The notes under the pieces: generated by a model | The model's database searches: none | What the model was told of the DNA's origin: nothing | Seen by the model: only the letters and a program-made list of their open reading frames with translations | Made by a program: the position numbers and the translations under genes | Assembly: GCA_951406725.2 (NCBI GenBank) | Contig: OX597821.1 | Coordinates: forward strand, 112,282,001-112,346,000 | DNA from: Octopus vulgaris | Lineage: Eukaryota | Reading direction: 5' to 3' | Length of the DNA: 64,000 nt | Shown here: piece after piece, positions 53,219-64,000 of the stretch | Numbering within the stretch: the stretch's first letter is position 1 | Layout of the letters: every line of letters starts with the position of its first letter

Positions 53219-53642
53219 GGGCGGCGAACTGGCAGAACCGTTAGCACGCCGGGCGAAGTGCACAGCGGCATTTCGTCTGTCTTTACGTTCTGAGTTCAAA
53301 TTGCCTTTCACCCTTTCGGGGTCGATAAATTAAGTGCCAGTTGAACACTGGAGTCGATGTAACCGGCACATCCCCTCCCGTAAAATGGCTGCCCTTACGG
53401 CAAAATTTGAAACTAGCGTCGAGCTGGCAGAATCGTTAGCATGATGGGTGAAATGCTTAGCAGCATTTCGTCCGTCTTTACATTCTGAGTTCAAATTCCA
53501 CCGAGGTTGATTTTGCCTTTCATCCTTTCGGGGTCAAGGCAATAGGTAACAGTTGAACACAGCGGAGAGGGTCGATGTAACCGATTTAAACACCCCCACC
53601 CCTGAAATTGCTGGCTGAGTGCCAAAATTTGAAATTATTATT
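53219..53642 (+). mobile_element. Two tandem SINE family A copies
   Basis: Heads at ~53219 and ~53418. Confidence 0.88.
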
Positions 53643-53644
53643 AG

Positions 53645-53946
53645 CCACAGGGGCATGAATGAGGGGCACATCACCAGGACAGTCAACAATGTATGTGGGG
53701 ATGTATATTAGAGCTGAGAAAGAAAGGGAAAACACGGCGAAATGTGATAAAAGTATACAAAGCATGTGATAACATAAATGATGCAGTTCACCTGATACAT
53801 GAGAAGCTCCAGCTGGACCCAGTCAAGGAACTCTACAGATCCGGGATTACTCGGAGCTTCAAAGGCACGAGAAAGGATGACACTAGTTGGAACACCTGTG
53901 GTTATATGTTAAACCTAGGACTATACTACAACAACAACAACAACAA
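53645..53946 (+). mobile_element. Possible RTE-like LINE 3' remnant
   Basis: Broken translation GMNEGHITRTV...RKKGKTRRN resembles the RTE C-terminus. It ends in (CAA)n. Confidence 0.35.
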
Positions 53947-54018
53947 GGCAGACGTCTGATTTGCCTCATTCTGAACATTTCAGTTCCCTTATTGTACGGA
54001 AGGGTTTCCAACAACTGG

Positions 54019-54135
54019 GAAAGGATGAAAGGCAAAGTCGACCTCGGCGGAATTTGAACTCAGAACGTAAAGACAGATGAAACCCCGCTAAGCATTTCGC
54101 CCGACGTGCTAACGTTTCTGCCAGTTCGCCGCCTT
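54019..54135 (-). mobile_element. SINE family A, 5' half
   Basis: Near-consensus head and core. Confidence 0.88.
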
Positions 54136-54384
54136 AAAGGAATGTAAATATTGCTTTGTGCCAATCGTGTTGGATTGAACAGACTTGGCATTTCTCACCA
54201 ATGGAAAGAGAAGCCAAACACCAAGGCTTTGGTTGATGAGATTCTTGTGTCAAAGAATGGAACGCTGCTTAATTCTTACCTAAGCCGGATGTCACGGTTT
54301 TGCAGCAATTTTAGTGCGATATTTCCTGCAGAACATTGGTCTGGAACTGAAACAACTGAAGAAATCCACCGAAGAGACAGCCAT

Positions 54385-54785
54385 GGCACGGGTGTGGCTC
54401 TATGATAAGAAGCATGCTTCCTAGACACATGGTTCCGGGTTCAGTCCCACTGCGTTGCACCTCAGGCAGGTGTCTTCTTCTATAGCCCCAGGCCGACCAA
54501 AATCTTTGTGAGTGGATTTTGATAGACGGAAACTGAAAGAAGCCCGTCGATTATATATATGTGTGTGTCTTTGAGTCTGTTCTCCACCACTTCTTGACAA
54601 CCGGTGTTGGCGTGTTTACGTCCCTGTATCTTAGCAATTTGGCAAAAGAGATCGATAGAATAACTACCAGGCTTTAAAAATAAGTAATGAGTTCGATTCA
54701 TTAAACTAAAAATTCTTTAAGGCAGTGCCCCAGCACGGCCGCAATCTAACGACTGAAACAAATGAAAGATATAAAGATAAAAGAC
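54385..54785 (+). mobile_element. SINE family B, full length
   Basis: Complete head-to-tail match to the other B copies. Confidence 0.92.
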
Positions 54786-55772
54786 GCCAGGGGAAACCGG
54801 TTCAAACTGGTTGTGTGGTTGATGAGATATTACAGATCGAATCCTCGTTGCCCAATGCATGCGAAAAGTAGAGGTTAAGGGGCGAAACGTTTGTGACTCT
54901 TGGATACAGGCTGATGATAAGGAAGAGTTGCAATGGATTTAATCGTCACGAAGAGCCAAGCGTCGCGTAAGCTTAGTATACTTATCGCATAAAAATGTAA
55001 ACAGATATTGTTGAACTTTTGGGAGGATTAGTTAGCCCAAAAGAACACATACGCAGACTGCAGTTCACTTCTAGTTCATAAACAATTATTTTATTAATTA
55101 ACTATTTGATTAATAATAAAGGAAAGAGCTACAATCAGCGATTGTGTTTACCTAGCTCATACATTATCGACTTCGGAAGGATTAAAGACAAGGTAATCGT
55201 CAACAGGACTCGAACTTTTAACGTCGAGGATCGTAGCTAAGTCCAGTTTTATATCAATCGAGCAATGCTTAGTTTTGATATATTACAATGAAAATATTAC
55301 TATAAACATATACAACTGAACTTTTGGGGAGGGTCACCCTGTCAATAAAAACACCCACGTAGGCTATAGTTCACTTCATTTTCATTGAGGGTGTTGAAAA
55401 GGTCACAGTGTGTCTATAGACTTTGACAAACCAATCAATAATTAGCTATTTGATTAATTAATTAACAATAAAAACGAACTACGACCTATGACTGTTTTTA
55501 CAATGGTAGATGAAGCCTGTCAAAGTAAAACTATCTGTTTCAACACAATTTTATATCAACAGTGTTGCGTTAACAAGCACGAATGTCAAAGATGAAAAAA
55601 AAAAAGAGAAAAGAAAAAGAGAAAAAAGATATAAACATATGGAAGTAGGAATAAGAATTTCTTTGAATGTTTAAAACTAATTAATGTTTTAAGATTAATT
55701 AACTATATAATTTGTGGTCAAGCATATTATTCCGTATATTTATAAAAACAGATGTTTTTTTGAAGCAGAGAA

Positions 55773-55913
<141 letters not shown>

Positions 55914-56153
55914 TAATAAACGAAAAATTTTTTGTATATAATTCAACAATGACAGATATCAAAATATACAATTCTAAACTCTCTTAGTATTTGTGTATAT
56001 ATACATACATGTACACACACACACACACGTATGCAAAATGAGGGAAGGAAGCGGCCTTGTACTTTAAGTATAAGTAAATATTTTTCAAAAAGTAGATATA
56101 TTTTTTTTCGAATTAGTTATGAAAGACGAGAAACTGAGAAATGACAGAGAATG

Positions 56154-56198
<45 letters not shown>

Positions 56199-56282
56199 TT
56201 TAATCCAAACGGGAAACAAAAAAACAACAACAAGGGAACAATTACAGTATTATTATTAATAGGCGCTCAGGAAATGGAAGCA

Positions 56283-56327
<45 letters not shown>

Positions 56328-56390
56328 TACTTATATATACTTATATATATATATATATATATATATACATACATATATATATACATACAT

Positions 56391-56434
<44 letters not shown>

Positions 56435-56516
56435 TATATACATACATTATATACATATATATATATATATATATATACATACATATATATATACATACAT
56501 TATATACATATATATG

Positions 56517-56587
<71 letters not shown>

Positions 56588-57082
56588 TATATATATATAA
56601 TATGTATGTGATGAATATAATTCATTTTAGTCAAAATGTAAGACCTATACTTCAATCGCAGAAAGTTCTTTTTCATTTTCATCTTTTCTTTTTACCCCCT
56701 TTTGCTCTTTATTTTATTTGATTTCATTTTGTTATATATATATATACTTTTTTTTTTTAAATTCTATACCACATAATTAAGTATTCAGTTCCAGGCATTG
56801 GATTGAATTTGGTCGACGAAAAAAATGTTAAAATTTCTTCGCTACCACAGGAGGAATGTAATTGCAAAAAACGAAAAAGAAAACACAGTGAATATAATTT
56901 TACACACGCGAACACACACACACACACACACACACACGTTTACCTAGTTCGTGTATATTCGTACAAGTATATACATATACATACACTGTGTGTGTTTATA
57001 TTTATAAATATATATTTTTGTATAAACATACAAACATATATATATACATATATATCATCACAAACGCATATACAGAGTGTGA

Positions 57083-57137
<55 letters not shown>

Positions 57138-57925
57138 CGCATATATACACACACACACAGACACATATATATATACACCAATACATACAGATATTCATAT
57201 GTATACTCACACGTGCACACACACACACACACACCCGGGTACGTGAGTGTTGTTGAATAACTCTTGAACTCTAATTACTCTCTTAGCATTTCAAGAGAAT
57301 ATTTCGTTTAAGCGAGTTAAGATGCGGAACTTATGTGTTTAGTTATCACACACAGACACACACACAGACACACACATATATATATACACACATACATATA
57401 TGTACATATACACATATACATATATATACGTACACTTTGGTCTCTTATATAAATATATATATACATACATACATATATACACACATATATACATACATAC
57501 ATATAATGGGGGTGAGATAACCAAATAGTACCCCAGACCTTTAGTAGAAGACATTGACCCAATGTGCCGTACAGTGGAACTGAACTTGGTATCACGTCCA
57601 CAGAAACTGCGGATACTGGTTGAATGTGTTACGTAGAACACGGTTTACTCTCAACGTTTTTGACAAAATTTTGTATTTTAGAAGTTATTTCGTGCTAAAA
57701 TTTTCGCATTTAGGTAATTTTAACCAATCAGTGACGTGTATTCAGCTGAAGAAAGTTACTACTGTTGTTTGCAAACAACAACTTCCGGGTCCATTGACAA
57801 AACGATGAATCTTCGACAACAGAAATATCTAAACTGAAAATCTTCCCTAACAAAACCCTTCTTTAATAACCAATATGAGAATGTGTCCGTTTATCTATCA
57901 ACCTGTCTGTCTGTCTGTCTGCCTG

Positions 57926-58059
<134 letters not shown>

Positions 58060-58094
58060 GATATAATACCTGATGGGGACATTGTCATTTGTTG

Positions 58095-58145
<51 letters not shown>

Positions 58146-58410
58146 TTCTTTCTCTCGCCACACACGCGTGCGCGCATACACATACACGGAGCAAAAGAAG
58201 AACAGTTGATGCTGCAAATATTTTCTCTTATTTCTCATTAATATAACAATGATGCGACTCCAAAGTTATTTTTATTATTTTTTACGGTTTGAATGAAGAC
58301 AAAGAAAAAAAACCCACCAAACAGACAAACAAAAGCAAACAGGTTTTATATCAAACATTTCTGAAAAGTAATAGTTCGAAGGAGGGACATACATGGGAGT
58401 AGGGGAGAGA

Positions 58411-58460
<50 letters not shown>

Positions 58461-58678
58461 CAAAATTTGTCTCGATCTTTATTTGAACTTTACACGACCT
58501 GAGCGCATTGAAGAGGAAATGATTCACTTTTCAAAGACAGACAAGATGGCGTACTTTATTTTATTCTATTTTTCTTATTTATCTATCTTCCCCAAATACT
58601 GATAATGAACCAACACCTTCATCGTCGCCATCATCAGCATCATCATTATCATTATCATCACCGCAACAACCACAACTC

Positions 58679-58714
<36 letters not shown>

Positions 58715-59339
58715 CCACCACCTCCACCATCATCATCGTCGCCGTAGTCAGCATCGTTTGTAAAAAGAATATTCCGAAGTGGTTGTTTATTTTTAATTTG
58801 TTTTGCTATTTCACCTTTTGTTTCTTTCCAGTATTCAAAACAGATTTCTTCAAACCAAATAAATAGATAAAATAATAATAATGATGATAATGATAATAAT
58901 AATAATAAAATAGAAGAACCCTGAGGAATATGGTTGATTAAATCATCAACATAAAAATTGCTTGGTGTTACTTTTTATCAAAATCCACGGAGAATGAAAA
59001 ACAAAATTTTAATTCGGTTGTGGAACGGTTTGAACTAAAGAGATTCTGTGAACCTTGCTTTAGAGAAATAATCCCCCAGTAGACTGGATCTTTCTTCTTT
59101 ACGGTCTACAATAAATCATGGTTTTGATTTTTCAGACCAACTAGACGCCATTTTGTTTCATTTATGTTAGCTGTAGTTTTTTGGAAAAGGTATGAATGTC
59201 ACAGCATTTCATCGTATACTTTCCAATAATAGTAATGTAGGAAGAATTAATGTCTACATAGTCGCTTCATTGAGTTTGATGTATAGTTGTGTGCGTATGT
59301 ATGTATGTATGTATGTATGTATGTATGTATGAATGAATG

Positions 59340-59374
<35 letters not shown>

Positions 59375-59426
59375 CAATACCCTTTTACTTGTTTTTTTTT
59401 TGTAAATTCTCACCACTGTATGTATG

Positions 59427-59482
<56 letters not shown>

Positions 59483-60104
59483 TATACATATGTGTGTATG
59501 CATGTATAGGCATACACATAAACACATCCTGTTTCTAAGTCTTACATATACCTACTCGTTTCAAAGTGCTACCACCTTACGTCGTGATCGTTACACCTTC
59601 TAGAAATAGCGGTCAAATCTTCCTCAAATCAGACCCTAATGTTTTTCAAAAAGCATAACACTTCTTCGTAAGGACTGCGTTGGTGGTGTTAATTTTCGTA
59701 TTCCGGGACATGTGAATAAAATCTATCTAACGCGAAAGCAACAATTATAAAGAAAGCAAACACCATGAAACAGTGGCTTTCAATCCGTTTCTGAAATAAT
59801 TACACCAAAATAATGACTTTTCTTCAAACTCGTTATATCCTCACGCCTCAACAACGCGATTATGATTTTGAGAAAGTAATAATCTGGCTGTTTATTTTCT
59901 TGCAAGTCGTGCAAGTGTCTAAGGCGGTGTCACGTGATGATAACTCGATATCGGAAATTGAAAACAATTTTCGTTACACCCTTGTCGATATGTATGCATA
60001 TAGACACACACGCGCGCGCGCGCGTGACGGATTCCATACAGTTCACTCACAAGGCACTGGTCGGTCCGGAGAATGTTCATCTTGGCGTTCGTAGGAAAAC
60101 GTCT

Positions 60105-60441
60105 AAAGGGGTAAAGACCCCCTTCGGTCATGAATGACCATGGGATTGCACCTAGAAAGTTACCCTCCTAGACACAAGTCCGGGCAAGGTTGTTTATGGA
60201 AGACCAGCAGTCGCCCAAGCATACCAGCCTCCCCTCTCCACGCCACCAGTGTTATCCAAGGGAAAGACAAAAGTCGATACAGCTGGCACCAGTGACGTCG
60301 CAACTCATTTCTACAGCTGAGTAAACTGGAGCAACGTGAAATAAAGTGCTTTGCTCAAGAACACAACACGCAGCCCGGTCCGGGATTCGAGCTCACAACC
60401 TCACGATCGTAAGCTCGACGCTCTAACCACTGAGCCATGCG
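60105..60441 (-). mobile_element. CORE-type tRNA(Arg)-derived SINE (family D, OR-like), full length
   Basis: TGGCTCAGTGGTTAGAGC, anticodon-like loop CTTACGAT, B-box-like GAGCTCGAATCCC, CORE block GTGTTCTTGAGCAAAGCACTT and a (TTTACCC)-type tail. Assignment to the published octopus OR SINEs is from recall. Confidence 0.85.
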
Positions 60442-60904
60442 AAGACAAAATATCCAATAGGACAAAGAATGGTAAACAAGATGTCTTATGAGGAAACATA
60501 CATCGACATGCCGCAGTACATCTTGTTGATTGGAACACATAGTGAATATTCTAAGACTGTTTCGTATCACACAGGAGGCGATTCTTTTTGTTGTTGTTGG
60601 ATTATTTTATCTCCTTAACGCCACGAAACCAATAATTTAGCACCAACTTCAGGAGCTTCTTTCTGTATTTCATGACGAAAGAGCAGAGAAGAATGTGAAC
60701 ATTGGTGCATAAATACAAATGGCAGGACATCTATCGTGTGAACGGGAGACGTGGGTTCGTGTCCTACCAGGAAACCTCGATTTTTTCTATCCAAAAAGGG
60801 ATTTTCTCAATCCAATATTTACATGCTTGTATTTCATAGCTTTACGTGCGCTTCGAGATCCATTATTCCCTAAAGGATTTACACACATACACACACACAC
60901 ATAT

Positions 60905-61917
60905 TCTATTATTCTTTTACTTGTTTCAGTCATTTTGACTGCGGCCATGCTGGAGCACAGCCCTTTAGTCGAACAAATCGATCTCAGGACTTATTCTTTT
61001 GCGAGCCGAGTACTTATTCTGTCGGTCTCTCTTGCCGAACCGCTAAGTTACGGGGACGTAAACACACCGACATCAGTTGTCAAGCGATGGGGGGGGGGGG
61101 ACAAATACAGACGCACAATATATATATATATATATATATACACACACCACAGGCTTCATTTCAGTTTCCGTCTACCAAATCCACTCACATGACTATGATG
61201 ATGATGTGGTTAGCCAAGGACAAAACTGAAGATGATTGTCATTATATTAATAGAAAACTACATAATTATAAGTGTGTTTGTGTTATACATTTCAATTCTT
61301 TTCAAGATTTCTTGCCAATAGAGAGCCGGTTTCTAACCTAGTTTTAGGGCTCCTTCATTGGAATTTCAACATCAACAGGGTTTCTGTGTTTATGTGTGTA
61401 GTATTTAAGGTCAGTACAGGTGCGGATTTGGGAAAGGCATGGATGTTGCAACACCTCCCTCCACATCATTTCAAGTAACAGGCCTGACCACTCGTTGACC
61501 GCCGTCTTTGATTACGAAAGGTCAACCAATTATAGGAATCCACGTCGCATTTACAAATCAGGTACACACACACACACATTGATGCACACGTATATATAAA
61601 CACACACACGCATAGCTGCACATACATAGAATGGCATGGCCTACATAAACACTCACTCATATCTATATACACGTCTGACTATATTCTTATCGATCAATCT
61701 ATTCATCTATGTATCAATATCTATGTATCTGTCCGTGCATGCATATATATATATATATATACACGCCGTCAACCAAATCTACTCACAAGGCTTTTGGTCG
61801 GCCCGGGGCTATAGTAGAAGACACTTGCCCAAGGTACTATGCAGTGGGACTGAACCCGAAACCATGGTGCCATGGTGTGGGAAGCAAGCTTCTTCCCACC
61901 CAGCCACTCCTGCGCCT
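60905..61917 (-). mobile_element. SINE family B split in two (60905-61189 and 61765-61917)
   Basis: The 3' and 5' halves overlap by ~22 bp (CCGTC(T/A)ACCAAATC(C/T)ACTCACA) and flank ~575 bp of unrelated DNA. Confidence 0.8.
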
Positions 61918-61919
61918 AG

Positions 61920-62160
61920 AATATACATACATACATTTTATATATATATATACATACATACATACATTTTATATATATATATATATATACATACATACAT
62001 TTTTTATATATATATACATACATACATTTTATATATATATATATACATACATACATTTTATATATATATATACATACATACATTTTATATATATATATAC
62101 ATACATACATTTTATATATATATATACATACATACATACATTTTATATATATATATATAG
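61920..62160. repeat. ~24-30 bp minisatellite (TA)n-CATACATACATTT, about 9 units
   Basis: Directly visible. Confidence 0.92.
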
Positions 62161-62574
62161 TATATTCTCTCTCAGTTTAGCGTGCAACACACACATACAC
62201 ACACACACCACAGTCTTTGCCATTTGACTTAAACACGATCCACATATTTTGGCGAGAATCTTTCAATTTTTTGTGTTTTTGTTTTTGTTTTCGTGTCTTG
62301 CAATTACTAACACCATGTCAGGAAAAAATACAACCCACGAAAAAAAAAAAAAATAAATAAAAAGCAAAAAAACAAAACTAAAGCAACACATCAAAAAGAA
62401 AAGAAAACGCTCGACCACAAAGACACAGTGAGGAAGAACGACTATCGATTGGCAACACATACTTGAATAATATATATATATATATATATAAAACAAAAAC
62501 AAAAAACAAAGAGGGGAAGAAAATAATTAAAAAATTGATAAATAGAAAAAGAAAATGGAAATGAAACAACTTAT

Positions 62575-63250
<676 letters not shown>

Positions 63251-63897
63251 TAGTCATTTCGTTAATTAGATCTCTCTCTCCGAACAAGACAGCTTTACGA
63301 AGGATGCAGAACGACCAAGTCGAGTCTATTGTTGTTCTTTAAAGCCCCAACCACTACCACCACCACCACCACCACCACCACCACCATCATCAAATCAGCT
63401 TTGATTGACCAGCCAGATCTAATACATCAAAGACAATCCAGTCGTGTCCAACACGCCTCTCCATTCCGCCCCAGGTGTAACGTGCTCCATATTACGTCAT
63501 CACATCTAACCCTTCTTACCGTTCTTGTGTTTAACCATAATCTGATCTGTCATCTATTTGGCTGCTATTTCTAGCTGCTGGAACGAGTTGCCATGACACA
63601 TAAAAGAGCACCCGAACAAGTTAGAGACAACCTCTACGCTTTTCTTTTTCTTTTTTTTTTTCTTTTTTGCAATTTGGTAACCATGTAACCACCACTACCA
63701 ACAACAACAACAACATACTTTCAATGGCAAACTATAATATAGTTCATGTGTATACATGCACACACGTGTGTTTGTGTGTGTGTGTGTGTGTTTTCTCTTT
63801 TTGTATGAACCATCTTTACGTATCTCACGTCTGTTTTTATTCCCCCACTTCATTCATATCTTCTCTATAATAACTATTACTTAAACACTTTCTCACG

Positions 63898-63947
63898 CCG
63901 TCTCTGATGAAGGGATATATAACATATCCCGGAAACAGCTGTAAGGC
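63898..63947 (+). ncRNA. Minimal type I hammerhead ribozyme motif (family 1), inside a dispersed repeat (63870-64000)
   Basis: CTGATGA (63904-63910), stem II GGGATAT/ATATCCC with ATAAC loop, GAAA (63932-63935), palindromic stem III ACAGCTGT, GUA cleavage triplet (63941-63943), stem I GTCT/AGGC. There is an atypical A-G mismatch at the base of stem II. Confidence 0.72.
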
Positions 63948-64000
63948 CTTCTCTTTATAAATGTTCTGAAAACTATTCACAGCCTTGGATTTCTTATCTG

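Noticed and set aside
60368-60441. tRNA-like sequences (also 346-415 and 60703-60770)
   Set aside because: No complete acceptor stem; the first two continue into SINE bodies and the third is too decayed. Not called as tRNA genes.

Overview
AT-rich, microsatellite-saturated, essentially non-coding eukaryotic DNA. The repeat families look like those of an octopod cephalopod (Octopus sp.); this is inferred from recall, not from a search. Almost every ORF in the track is a translation of (TA)n, (CA)n, (GA)n or (ATT)n repeats or of SINEs. Most of the recognisable content is dozens of tRNA-derived SINE copies in at least four families. There is also an internally deleted MULE (FLYWCH) transposase fossil at ~6.86-7.60 kb and a Penelope-like RT fragment with a fold-back inversion at ~26.1-26.7 kb. 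Other elements are CR1-, RTE- and Tx1-like LINE 3' ends, hAT, Tigger and piggyBac-type MITEs, and non-autonomous Helitrons. No complete host gene is visible; the best candidate is one 121-bp minus-strand exon (33157-33277). The most interesting signals are three. (1) Two dispersed families of minimal hammerhead-ribozyme motifs with palindromic stem III; the best copy is at 63898-63947. (2) A head-to-tail SINE multimer with an invariant, self-complementary tail-to-head junction and ABAB structure (37775-38507). (3) A ~225-bp near-perfect palindrome (21461-21685).
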